Source: Marsupella aquatica (taxonomy: Eukaryota > Plantae > Marchantiophyta). From it: 64,000 nucleotides of DNA. Each line of letters starts with the position of its first letter. Position 1 is the first letter of the stretch. The notes under the pieces were generated by a model, which was given only the letters and a program-made list of their open reading frames with translations, was not told where the DNA came from and did not search any database. The stretch spans positions 9,633,832 to 9,697,831 of the forward strand of contig OZ316897.1 in NCBI GenBank assembly GCA_973895155.1, read 5' to 3'. A program made the position numbers and the translations under genes. This document shows positions 1-12,850 of the stretch, one piece after another.

Positions 1-2054
1 AGTGATTAGAATGTTAAATAACTCATGGCGTTTGGGGGGGGGGGGTGGCTTTAGCCATTGTATTCCTCGTTCTGTAAAGTAATGTAAGGATGAGTGTTAT
101 AGTGACTAGCTCAAATACCCACCCATAGGAAAGGCTCAGTATACCCAGACTCCCCATGCAGTGCCTACTCACAACAAATCCAAGATATGAAAATTTTGTG
201 TTACCAGACAAATGACAGGTTATGGCTTCACTCTAGGGAGTAGAAATGACAGGTAGACTTGATTGCAAATTATAATATAGATCTGCATTTTATGGTCCTA
301 TGACATGTGCTCCAAGAAGGGTTCCTGGTAACTGCACATCAAAATATGACATATACTATGTACGACATCACTCCATACCATGATAAATCTTGTTATTTTC
401 TTTAAATCAATGAATCAATGAGTGCACACACTATATTTCCATATTGTGATTGCCGGCAGGGCCAATAAGGTGTCTCGTGTCAAACTGTAAGTGGACCTCA
501 TGTGGGTCTTCCATATATGGTTTGGGGGGACTTTGCCCCTTAGTTTGCTTCCAGGCAGGCTTTTTCTTTTTCTTTTTTCAATAAAACCCAAACTGGATCC
601 AAGCGGGTTGACAACGAGGCAAAGAACGCCCAAGTCAATATGGACACCAGGTGCGGAGCAGGGGCCAAGAGTCATGGTATCATTAGTCACTGACAAATGG
701 CATTTGCATTTGTATGGTACAAGAAATTATAGTAGCCTTGGGGGGTAAGGGTGCGGGGGGGGGGGGAAGGGAGATATTGGATTTAGGGTAGCGCTACCTG
801 TAGTCTTTCCTACATTGCCCACTCTAAAGCAAGCACCGGTTGGGGCAAAGTTCTTTTTTCTCTTGAAGTGAAGGGCTATCTTCCTACTAACACTGGGAGT
901 ATGTTGTTGATTGTCAGGTTCTGGTCATACAAGTACCCTATACTAAACAATAAATCTGCTTAAGAAAGTAAACATTGGAGGAAAAGGGGCTATTTTGTCC
1001 TCTCCCACAAGTGCACACTATAGGTTTAAACCACGGACCACTCTCCCTGGTCAAACCTGGTAATCACTGGTAACCGGGTGTAATTAACAACTTTTTTCCC
1101 AATTTTTTTGAGCTGACTGGGATCATAAGGGGGAAATGTAAAAAAAGAGGGAAGGTTTGGAGTTTTCCCTTTATAATGCTAGTTGTGGTTTTTAAAAGAA
1201 GAACATCCAATGTAAAGGTTTACTTTATTTTCAGATTGCAAATTACAAGTAATTGTAAGGTCTGTTTCACAAAGAGAATATGCAAATGACACAAATTTAG
1301 AAATTTGTAGTCACGATTGAATCCCAATTAATGCACCTCACCTGCCTACAATAGGGCACAAGTTTTGTACCCGCTTGGTTGGTGTGTGCTATGGCACTTT
1401 GGGTTTGTATATCTCTCTGCCCCGCTGGTCATACAAATACATTGGTTGCCCCTTTTTTTATCAAAACAAAAAACAAACAAAACAATTGGATCCACTTGAT
1501 GCAACTCACATGCCTTGCGTGGCACAAGTCTCTTCTGTTTACTATCTATCCTATGAAACGTGGCATGTAGGAGTAAAAACAAAACTATGGCATGTAGGTA
1601 CTGGTAGTGTTGTATCTTTTATAATTTTTCAAATCAGCAACACATTATATTGCAAAGGGAGTTGATAGTGTTTTGTCTCAGATTTTGCTGCAAAGGCTTC
1701 ACTTTCCTGACTTGCTGAAGAATCTTGGTTTACTTTAAAATTCTCAAACCAAATCTCAAATGCTGAAGAATCTGTGTTACTTCAACAAGAATTATTGTGA
1801 AATTTACAGTATATAACTAAGCCACAATCGTAGAGAATAACTTACATCTATGCCATTGCTGAATGGATTTGTCAAACTGACAACCCGCACTTGTCGGCCT
1901 TGAAGAAGTTTCTCACAAGGGCAACCAAAAGCTATCCATACTTTCTGGGAATCTAGCTCAATTACTGCTTTCTGCGAATGGACTCAATTACCATATCATT
2001 GAATTTAACAAGGTCAAAGCCACTAATTACTTGTGAACTACTTATAGCTACAGT

Positions 2055-5000
2055 TTACGCTACTTTTGAGCGGTACTCTCCCAGTGCCCATATAGGAAAG
2101 ATATTTCGATATGCTGAATAAGAGATCATGCAGTTCTTGTTGAAAACACCGGAAATTTCCTGGAACCAAACAGGTCAGATCATAAGGAATCTCCAAAACA
2201 GAAAGAAAAATGAGAAATAATCTGTTTCTAAGTTCTACTTGGAGACCTCTGCATTGTGATAATTTTCAAGTAGTTACGGCCAACTTAAATATCTTCATGC
2301 AGACATCCTACATGATATGGCGAGACACTACAAACACGACCATAAGAACGTCATCCTGCTGTGTAAAACATATTCACCTGCTGTGGAAAATCCCCATTTT
2401 CAAATTGGGAATTGATTAGGACAGTTGCTCCTCTGTGAAGGGGCTTTGGATCTCTTTCAGCCTGTGTAAACAAATTTGACCAGCTAGTATGAGTACCTTA
2501 GTTGGAGAACAGTGAATGTGCATTGTCAACAAAACACATCAGATTGACCATATAATGAACTTCTTGCTAGGCTTAGAGTTGAAATCCACAGAAAGTATGA
2601 CTAAAAGTTCCACTACTCTTTAACGGTGCACTTTAGCACTAGACTTCACCTGCCCAGCAGCTATTAAAGCCAGGAGTGCCCATGAGGTACCAACCACTTG
2701 GGCCTTGCCCCCTTCTAGTGATGTATAAACCTGTAAAATGCAGTCCCTGTAAGTCGTTAAATAATTGCATTCGATTCCAGCACTGAAGGATTCGCAAAAG
2801 AAGCTCATATTCAAGGAGACTGTATATGGTGGCTACATACCATATCCTGGCAGGACAAATGACTCTCCCCCCAGCCACCTCCTTGTTCCTGCTTCTCGAG
2901 TAGGAAGTCACAAGCCTTCCGAATGGCACTTGAGGATGAGTAGGTTTCTCCTGCAGCGATCAGACCCACCACTCCAAACCAAGTGCCATATAAGTAGCAC
3001 ACGCCCCAGTTGCCATACCTGAAATCAGTACCGTGACGATTATTCTAAGCCTCTGATTGCGTTCCTTTCAATCCCCATGGTAAAAAAAGCTTGCACATGT
3101 AAAAAATCTTCTTCAAATGCTTTCAGGTGCGCACTGACGCTAGACATGTTTCTGGTAACATTTAAACTTCAAATGCAAAGAGGTGCTACGTTGCGACAAA
3201 GATTCTGAAATATGAACATGATTGCCTTCTGCCCTTAGAACTCGTTGAGGTCAATTCGATTTTGCAATCCGATCAAGAAATGGAGTCTGGAACATTTCAG
3301 GTGGATACAGAAGCCACAGGTGTGATTAAAAACATCCCAAATTTCCCTACCAATCATCACGCGAAGCTCACAAACGCTTTTCTTCTAGTTATTTTCTGGG
3401 TGTGAAGAACCACAATTGCAGTCACTTAAAAAGAGTATTGAAGCTTAGACCGTGAACATGTCTGCTTAAAATAGACGCTAAATGGAATAATGACGCCACG
3501 AAAATAAGGGATTGGTACCATGATCCATTTGGAGCTTGGTCATTTTTAATAAAGCTCCTTGCACGAGCGATAAATGTTGACACTTCGTGTGTCCGATGGG
3601 TTGGATACTTTTTGCGGAAAGCTGCCAATGCCGTAAGACAGGCTGATGTGCATTCCACGAACCTGGAAGCACCGTTTCATTTTCCTTAGTAGCCAATAAT
3701 CGATATCATATCCAATAAGAACAACTCCTACTGATAAAGTTTCTCCCTAGAGTTCACTCAAATGATTTTTGCAGCATATCCAATAAGAACAACTCCTACT
3801 GATGAAGTTTCTCCCTAGAGTACACTCAAATGATTTTTGCAAAAATCATTTGAGTGAACCTGCCTTTCTCTCACACATTGAATTATCCCTCGAAGAAAAT
3901 AACCCAAATACTCACGAGTAGTCAATCATTATCTTGCAGAGAGACTCCGAGGGGTTTAAGTACTGGATCATATTATTGCCAACAGTGTGTCAGTTAGCGT
4001 TTGCCTGACAAAGCAATATTTCGTTCGACCCAAGCCTGAACAGAATGAGAGCTAGGAAGTGGACGGGAAGCAATTCAAAGATCAGACTCCACATCTCACG
4101 TCTTGCAACTCCTTCATGGTTATCTTGCAGCAAAAATGTCAAAAATCAAGTCTAAAAACCCTACGGTAGTGGCACCTGTGACTTTGATGCTTTGAAATTT
4201 ATCCGAAACACTCTCTAATGGATTGTTGAGGTTCTGCTTACTCACCTCAAGCCAGGGATAAGAACGAGTACTCTCATAACTTGCACATCCGCCATCTTTG
4301 TTCTGTAAATGCCCACCGAATAGCTTTAATTAGGGTCCACATCTATCTAGCCCAAACCATGCAAGACAACGCCTTCAAGAGGGTCCAGCCGGAAAAACCC
4401 AACAAAATTCTCTTCGTTGGATTGTTTAGAATATCATTAATTAATGATTACTTTGGACGATAACTAATCATGACATCACGTGAAAGTAGCAGCTCATACT
4501 TGGTAAGTTAGAATAACATTGACGCAATCGAACAGTCTCTCATCCGGAATGGGCTCCCCAACAAGATCGCTTGGAAAACTTGAGAGAATCAGTTCAGCCT
4601 GCAGTGAGATATACGTCAATTTTGCAATTTTGAAGAGGCAGGACTATTCCAGATTTCAAGAAATCCTTCGGACAGGAAACCTAGTTGGCAGAGGTGTACC
4701 TTCAAACCTTCAGATGAGCAGTCTGAAACTGACCATCCGTGATCTCCTACAGAGAACGGCCAAGCACCCTTAGAAACATGCCTGTACCAATCACTCAGTA
4801 TGCCTGGGCTGTCTTCTTGTACCTTGAAGCACACAGAAAATTCACAAGCTGGAATTACTACTTCCTGTAAGACTAAGCATGATTATTACATTTTCTTAGG
4901 GCCAAGTCCCAACACAGTATGAACATCTCCTAGACTCGTCTTCTGCCGGATGAGAAAGGTTTATTCAACTTTTTCTGCTGGAAACAATTGTGCAGATCCT

Positions 5001-8000
5001 CAACGACGTTTCAGAAAGATCAAGAACGTTCTGACATGACCTGTAACCTATCCAACTCTTACTGATGCATTTCTATTCTCACAATCTAGAATGACGTAAC
5101 CTTGAAGGCGTAATAAAAAGGATACCTGTGTCTGGTCAAGGTAAAAGTGGGCCTTCTTCAACAGAGAGCTAGTTTCCTTTGGCAATCCTGTGGAGGCTAG
5201 GGCTTGAATCGCAAACGCTGTGTCCCACAGTTGACTACCATTGTACCCCTGCAGTTACACGGATCATACACAGCATATTCACGGGATAAGGTAAGATGAC
5301 AACTACAATCTTTAGGCAATTGGCGATTGATGAAAGTTCAAAACGGAAGTGACTTAGATCTTTGAAGCCTCTATTCGAAAACTATTAAAGTTCCCCAAAA
5401 GGAATCACTGACACTCAGGTTCCTGGTCCTATTGTTGTGGTGTGATACACATACCTGCATTTTCAAGCCATCTTCAGCAAGCCATAGATAGTCTTTCACT
5501 CTTGCTAGATGTTTTCGGAAGGCATCTGAGTTCGGATCCTCCACCCAGCATGCCAACATGTTCAGAGCCTGCACCAGCACACCCGAACACCTCAGAAATC
5601 TTAGGACGGAACCAATCTGAAAGAGAAAGCACAGCAACACTAGATTACTGATGAGTTTTGAATCTTTATGACAAGAAACAACTCTTCTAGGATACAAAGA
5701 TTCTTATCACCACAACAGGAGGTTAATTGCTGGGTCTGGAAAGAAAAAAAATAGATAGAGAAGGGGCCGAGAACCTTGTTCACAGGTCCAATATCAATAT
5801 AATGGGTACTCTCATCCTCATAGTGTATGTGCTTGATTGCTTCAGCCAAAGCTATTTCTCTGAGTTTAGATCCTGGCCAGCTTTGCAGCACAGGCTCGCC
5901 CACTTTATGTAGCGTTCCCCATAGAACGATTTGCAGCTTAGAATGAGGATTATACAGGTCCTCCTGATTTAAGTTACGAGGAAGTCAAAATGCAATCCAG
6001 CAGCCATGAACGGAAAACTGAAACTGCAACATTGCAAGCCATGAAACCAGTATGAAAAAATTGCCATGGTCGTTACCTGCCAGAACTTTGTGACAGGAAA
6101 TTGGATTCTGCTACAAGTAACACACAATACTGAGAACAGATTAGTGCTAAAACTGTTTCTATGTGTACAAAACCCTTCCGAGAAAACTTCCGGATATCCA
6201 ATATTCAGATGAGTAGTCATCAACACACCTTGCAACATTCATTTCGGGCTCTATTCCAGTCGATGCTACTGTATTTTTGACAAAAGATTTCTTTCCTGAT
6301 ATCCTTGACCAAAGACGTCAATTCTCCAGTGAATCTCCGTCCATAGACATAGCTCATGGGTAGATATACCATTCGACAATGACACCACATCCGACCTGTA
6401 ACCAGTCAATTTATCTCTTAGCAACACCACACGCAGATTGACGAAATGCATCGGCCCCAGATGCAATATGTAATGACCGAAACGCAAATTAGAAACGACT
6501 CACCTGGGTGCACAGGTAAGACGTAAGGCAATAACCACATTTCTGGGAGCAATGGATTGTTGCCAGACCATTCAAACACTCCCAAAACCTGTACGTCCAG
6601 CACACAACTTAGTACAGCTTAAAAGCAAAAAGCAACTGCAAAAGATGCATAGGAGGTCTGTTGGGTGTGGAAATAAATCAGAAGGAGGTAAATATTATTC
6701 ACAAGAAGTAATCACCGAAAGCCAAAACTTTCCCCATGAAGTTATTCCTGTAGCTCCTCCGTGCAGCAATATCCAGTCTCTTCCACGTTCAAGTGCCTCT
6801 TGATACCTGACATCGAATCCGCCACCGTCTCCTAGCAGTCTAAGAGTCACGTAATTGAGAGCTGAGCCAATCATCGTACTGTGTCCAGCGATATGTAAAC
6901 CCCATCCTCCATCCGAGTTCTGCATTAAATCATGACCATAAACCGTCATTTAGTTGTATCTGTTGGAAGTGAACCACACACAAACAGATGATGTCATGAA
7001 AGGCCTGTAGCTCACTATTTGAGCAGTACGATATAGTGACGAGGTCCTAGGTCAATTCCAGCCGGTCCATGTAGATGAAAATTCCATTATGGTATCATAT
7101 ACCCACAGGATAGGGAATTTCTTTTGAACCGAGTGTGGCTCATGGGAAGGTGTTGGAAATGAACCATGATGCTGCAGGCATAAGGGCCTGTAGTTCAGTG
7201 GTACAGCACTACAATGCACACGGGTCCTAGGTGCAAGTACTAGCAGATCCATGTTGATGAAAGTTCGAGCAGTTCCTGTTACCTACTAGACGCTACGTGC
7301 GATGGACAATTAGTTGCACAGAAATCAGTCGAAGCTTAGTCAAGCTTGAAAGTAGAGTAACTGATCTTAACAACCTTTTACCTACTAGAGGCTACGTGCG
7401 ATGGACAGTTCCTTGCACAGAATCAGTCAAGCTTGAAAGTAGAGTCCCTAATCTTACCAATTATGCGTAGTTTCTTCACAGTATTCCACGACGTTGCTTG
7501 TATGTCAAGATTGAGAGTCACTAATTTTAACAATTATACTATCTTCACATTATTTCACGACGTTTCTTGTATGTCAGGAGTCCCGTAGAGACTGCAAAGT
7601 CCAAACAAAACCTGATGGGCTACGTGCGATGAACAGTTCGTTGCACGAAAATCAGTCGAAGCTCAGTCAAACTTGGAAGGAGAGTCAACAATTATACTAT
7701 CTTGACATTATTATACGATGTTTCTTGTATGTCAGGATTCCCGTAGAGACAGCAAAAACATTTCTCAAAGTCTGAACAAAACCTGATGGTTGTACAGATA
7801 TCGTCGGATTTCGTGTCGGTAAGGTTCAGGTAAGGTCTCATCCAATGCTCTGGTGACATAAAGGGCAACGACCTGAAACAGACACACAGTAGTTGAAGAA
7901 GTGACGAACAAAGACTTGCTGCCGGGAATCCGAACGAAGCATCAGCAGACTTAAGAAGTGGAAATGAGAGCAGCTGACATAATTTTCGAAAGATCAGTCG

Positions 8001-8953
8001 GTAGAACGCCACTCCGAGCCACATGTGCAGAAAAGTTTATTGTCATCAACAGGCGTCTTACCAGTCCTGGCAAGAGAAACAGTGGTCCCCCATAATCACC
8101 AGGCCAATGTCCATCGTCCGCCTGAATGGTAGAATAGAATCTGACGGCTCGAGTCAACGTGGTTTCTACCGCTGCATTGGTCAAGTCCTCACAGGCACTT
8201 ACTTCCACTTGAGCAGGTAAAGGTGGCAAAGGATTCTTCTTTGCAAACTGAAACATGAACCAGGTACAAAATCAATATTCAGTCAGGGCCAGAGGATACA
8301 GCTGCAGAACAAAATCTCCCTTGACATGAAAAACTTATTCGTCGATCTTATAGCTCCTTGCATTTCACCATTCAAGACGAATCAGCTCTGAAAGAAGTTA
8401 CGAGCTAAAATACCCCCTGTTCCATCAAGAATAACCGAAGGTCGAAGAGGGCTTGTGCAATAAGCTTACTCCCATTTCATCAAGAAGAATATGTATGGTC
8501 CAGGACGATTTATAAGATAAGAATCCTCCAATGTCATCAAGCAAAACTAGGTCCAGGAGCTAATGAGATAAATCTAATCCTACTTCAGGACAAGCTCTTG
8601 AAGGATTTTATGAGATAGACTTCTCCCATGTGATCGAGAAGAGCGAGCTCCAGGAAGATGCGATGAGGCAATTCTCCACCCCATCACCTCAAAACGAACA
8701 AAGTCCAGAACGATTCATGAAATGATTTGGAATGTGGCATTCGAAGTGTACGCACTTGGAGCCGCATGGGAATGTCGGCACTGTGGCGTTGCTCATGGCA
8801 AGTCTTCGTGAAGAGGGCCCGTGCCTCGTCTAGCGTAGCACTGTCAGCAAGCGTGGCGGCCTCGTCTTCGTACTCCCACACTTGCCGACCCACATGCCCA
8901 TTCGTCGTTTGCAGCCAGTCCCCCCCTCCCTCTCCGATTTTTAACGTCCACAT
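2055..8953 (-). CDS. 2,3-oxidosqualene cyclase (cycloartenol/lanosterol synthase family triterpene cyclase), 18 exons, ~757 aa
   Basis: GT-AG exons traced by hand: 8756-8953, 8062-8247, 7783-7872, 6716-6919, 6504-6588, 6229-6395, 5775-5963, 5455-5568, 5126-5248, 4700-4822, 4500-4598, 4246-4302, 3916-3962, 3519-3662, 2841-3018, 2650-2730, 2378-2461, 2055-2159. Total 2274 nt in one frame with no internal stop seen. Motifs: [85 protein letters not shown]. Confidence 0.96.
3708..3859. repeat. ~67-bp tandem duplication ending in a fold-back palindrome, in an OSC intron
   Basis: catatccaataagaacaactcctactgat...caaatgatttttgca occurs twice; then cactcaaatgatttttgcaaaaatcatttgagtg is self-complementary. 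Confidence 0.85.
7280..7750. repeat. Degenerate local duplications in OSC intron 3
   Basis: gctacgtgcgatg(g/a)aca...aatcagtc...agagt occurs three times; ttgtatgtca(a/g)ga occurs three times. Confidence 0.75.
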
Positions 8954-8959
8954 AGCAAC

Positions 8960-9540
8960 CTCTGTCCTTCACAACAATCCAGTCGGTCGATTGGCCGATG
9001 AAATGCGCCTCCTCCTTTGTCACAAGTCACCTGACGTTGAAGCTGAAGCAGAATCTGAGTCTCAGTCAGTCTCTTGGCAATCGCCCTCTGTCCTTCCCAG
9101 CAAACCAGTCCGTCGATTGGCCGATGAATTACGCTTCCTCCTTTGTCACAATTGAACTGCCGATGTAGCTGAAGCTGAAGCTGAAGCTGAATCTCAGTCT
9201 CAGTCCTCCGTTGTCACAATCCAACTGCCGATGAAGCTGAAGCTAAATCTCAGGCTCAGTCCTCCGTTGTCACCATTCGTGCCGATGAAGCTGAAGCTGA
9301 ATCTCAGTCTCAGTCCTCCGATGTCACAATTCAACTGCCGATGAAGCTGGAGCTGAATTTCAGTCTCAGTCCTCCGTTGTCACAATTGAAATGCCGATGC
9401 AGCTGAAGCAGAATCTGAGTCTCAGTCTCAGTCAGTGGCAATCGCCCAATAACTCTGCCAAGCAGAGCATTTGCACCAACGTCTTCTTCAAACTGGGATT
9501 TAAACCTCAGCATCGCTGACGCTCAGTCTCAGTCACTCTC
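8960..9540. repeat. Degenerate ~50-57-bp minisatellite directly upstream of the OSC start codon
   Basis: Repeated gtcacaatt-caactgccgatgaagctgaagctgaatctcagtctcagtcctccgtt units. Confidence 0.85.
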
Positions 9541-9898
9541 CTGGCAATGCCAAACATAGAATTTGGTCCTTAAACTCGGATTCGATCAGTTTGCAAGCAG
9601 CGGGGATTCATAAAAGGGATTCATAAAATACAGGCCGGGAAATTCATCCTCTGTAACACTGAGAGAGAAATTTTCGGCAACAATTACGGACGTCCGAGTA
9701 TGAATGTGGAGTGCATATTTTGTTACTTAGCGATGAATGTGGTGGAGTGCTTACTTTGTTACTTAATGCCCACGAGCCCTATGCCAGTGGGTTGCATTGT
9801 GCAAGGAGGGCCGGCCCTTTGGGAATCGGGTCAAGGCATTTATGGGGCACTTGGAAGCACATATGTGAGAGTGGTGCACATTTTGTTTATCAATGGTT

Positions 9899-10139
9899 CG
9901 GGAAAACAATTAATCAAATCCAATGGCTATGGATCTTTCCCGCCCAGGAGTATTTTTTGTAGTGAGACTAAGGACTGAAAAGAGCGGGATCCCTTACTAT
10001 AGTTGTAAATGTTCTCTATCAATAGTTAGGGAAAACAATTAATCAAATCCAACGGCTATGGATCTTTCCCGCCCAGGAGTTTTTTTGTAATGGGATGAAG
10101 GACGAAAAAAAGCAGGGTCCCTTATTATAGTTGTAGATG
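9899..10139. repeat. ~130-bp direct duplication
   Basis: gggaaaacaattaatcaaatccaa(t/c)ggctatggatctttcccgcccaggagt...cctta(c/t)tatagttgta occurs twice. Confidence 0.85.
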
Positions 10140-10470
10140 GGCCTGTCAAAGCACAGTTGATGGCTAATGCCCATTAGGGAGTGTCAAAAGCACAGTTGAA
10201 CCTGAGTTATGGCAGCTAATGCCCATTAGGGCGTGTCAAAGCACAGTTCTCCCTGAGTTACGGCGGCTAATGCCCATTAGGGCGTGTCAAAGCACAGTTG
10301 AACCTGAGTTATGGCAGCTAATGCCCATTAGGGCGTGTCAAAGCGCAGTTCTCCCTGAGTTACGGCGGCTAATGCCCATTAGGGCGTGTCAAAGCACAGT
10401 TGTACCTAAGTCACGATGGCTAATGCACATTAGGGCGTGTCAAAGCACAGTTGTCCCTGAGTTATGGCTT
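10140..10470. repeat. 51-bp tandem minisatellite, ~6 copies, with alternating unit variants
   Basis: ctaatgcccattagggcgtgtcaaagcacagtt core recurs every 51 bp; ORF 10219-10479 is only its translation. Confidence 0.92.
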
Positions 10471-11599
10471 AGGACATAAAATGCACTTACAGCCATGACA
10501 GAATCATGATGGGTACCAAAATAAGTACCCCATAAGGGTGTCAAAAAAAAAAGCTGTAACCAAAGTGTTATGGGAGAACTTTGACAAGCCCTATTATTGG
10601 CTTGCCTAGAAGAGGTGGGGAGCTCATGGATCCATGCCTAGGGAGGGGTAACAATCTATCTCCCACCCAAGGTATATGTTTGGCGAGCAATTAGATCTGT
10701 TAGATCACTTGGTGAGTACTTCCTGGGTGTCCACAAGTCTAGTGTCTAAGATTTGGCAAATTCAAAGCACAGCCTCTAATAAGAACAAGTGAGGAAAAGG
10801 CCATGTAAAGAAACAACTGAACTAAATCATAATCATTGATAGCAATCATTAAATCAATGTGAAGAAACAACTGAATTGAATCATAAATACTGATAGCAAT
10901 TGTTATATCAATGTGAAATGCTAAACTTTAGAGTGCTTATCATAAGATTTGGCAAATTTGAACCACAGCCTTTAATAAGAACGAGTGAGGAAAATTAAGG
11001 CCATAAACAACTTAACCAAATCACAAATCACTGTACCAACGGTTCAATCAATGTGAAATTGAACCCCCACCCCCAATCCCCTATGCTTCCTAGCGCCAAG
11101 CAGCTAGCCACCTTTCCAACTACTACATACCTTTCCAACCACTCAATTTTTTAATTTCCCCTTATGTCATCTCTGTTTGAGTCTCCCAAAAACTTTATGT
11201 TATTATTTTAATTTTAATTCCAGCCTATGATAGCTTCTTCTTTCTTATTCTTTCCATTTTTAAAATAAATGAATCCCCTTATACATAACTTTAACTTTTT
11301 CATTATCAAATTATTTGAGCAATATCTATTTTTTATCATTTCTGTCTCTGCGCCCCCCAACCCATCCAACGGCCCCTCATTAGGTGCCCTAGAATATAGG
11401 AAAGAAAAATCCAGCCACGGCTGAGCCCTCAACCTCAATACCTTATTATAGTTGTAGATACATTTAGATTATGAATCCTTACGGCTCTAGCCCCACCAGC
11501 AACCCCTGGCCTGGTGCCTCCTTGCATGTGGTCAAGACTGTTGAGCCTCAATTCTCCACGCTTTTCAACAATAAAAATTATACACTGAATACTAAAATT

Positions 11600-12003
11600 G
11601 ATGCTCCCATGGACCACAAGGTTGGTCTTGGAACCCCCATGCACCACATTTCCCAAAATTTGAATTTATTTATAATAAGTTGATGTTCATAAATGCAAAT
11701 ATTTTTTTAGTTTTGAGTAAGTGCTAGAGGAATAGGTAAGCTACACTTCCACCAAAGTGACAGTGATTTTTTTGTCAGGGTTGAATTATTCATCATGGAA
11801 TGAGAAGGGGTAAGCTTTATTAGTTTTTTTTGCGTTAATATAAAATATTAGGGCTTGTGTTTTATTTATGTTTCCACCTTCTCTAGCTGCCTTGCAACTG
11901 AAAATCTAAAACATAGTTTCTGAAAATCTAAAACATAGTTTTAGGACTCATAATCGTCAAGTTATGAACCCAAAATTCCCATCGATCACCAAAATGTGGT
12001 CCA
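11600..12003. repeat. Dispersed ~400-bp repeat (old MITE-like family); inverted copy at ~42381-42724
   Basis: taggactcataatcgtcaagt...caccaaaatgtggtcc and tagttttgagtaagtgctagag...taagctacacttcca match the reverse complement of 42381-42724 colinearly. Confidence 0.7.
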
Positions 12004-12289
12004 GGGGACGTGTCCAACACAGACATCCATCTGAGCTTCACTTTCCACTAATTAGTTCGTGGACCCCCATCTATTTTGAATTGAATGAGATTGAAAAGTA
12101 GATAGTTATTGATATAAATAAATTATGTGTTAAAAATTAGATAGTTATTGATATAGATAAATGTGTTATACAATATTGATTAGTGTCGGACAATGGGTAT
12201 CTTTATTGGGACTAGTCAATTTGTTTTTGCATGATAGGTGATAGTGTTCTGAAAAATAAAATTATGTACTACATCATGGAAACAACTGT

Positions 12290-12850
12290 CACATCACATT
12301 GAATTTCGCTATGCTTGGGGTTAGCCACAAAGGTGAGCTCTATGAAATTGGAGTCAAAGTCTCTGGTCAAGTTGCAGTTGAAGATGCAATGCCCAGAGAA
12401 GGTTAAGGTCATTTCTCCCACCCTCAAGAGCCTAGCTCTGTGCATGGGGCAAAACAGGACGCTGGAATTTGAGAAGGTGTCAGAGTTGAAGGAACTTCTC
12501 ATGGGTGCATCTGAGTTTTCCACTTTGGCGAGGCTGACTGAAACGAACGCTTCCTTAGGGAAGGTGTTTCTGGATATCCCTTGTATGCCATTTGAAGAAG
12601 GTTGCAAGTGGAAAGGGGTGTTGCATCAAGTACCCCTGACTGTGCCCAACATGGAAGCCATTCCGATATCTTGTCCCAGGTTGGAGACCATGAGTCTGGG
12701 TCCTAGACTATGGTATTCTTTTGATCTGGAATGTGTCCAGATCGTGCAGGTCACTAACTCCCCAAAGGCCTGCCCGTGCAGCCTCAGCTAATTAATGGCT
12801 ATGATACAGTGTGATTCCAATAGGAAGCTTTTCTGAACTATTGGGACCAG
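12290..12850 (+). pseudogene. LRR-like fragment, possibly from an F-box/FBD/LRR gene
   Basis: ORF 12315-12791 has LxxLxL periodicity (SKSLVKLQL, SPTLKSLAL, SELKELLM, CPRLETMSL). No F-box or clear start seen. Confidence 0.4.

Noticed and set aside
1-1700. Short ORFs and poly-G tracts at the window start
   Set aside because: No protein motifs or element termini recognised.
8727-9513. ORFs 8727-9155 (+) and 9331-9513 (-)
   Set aside because: They are antisense to OSC exon 1 or translations of the minisatellite.
10140-10470. CRISPR-like look of the 51-bp array with a palindromic core
   Set aside because: The intervening parts are near-identical alternating variants, not unique spacers; the context is eukaryotic and has no cas genes.
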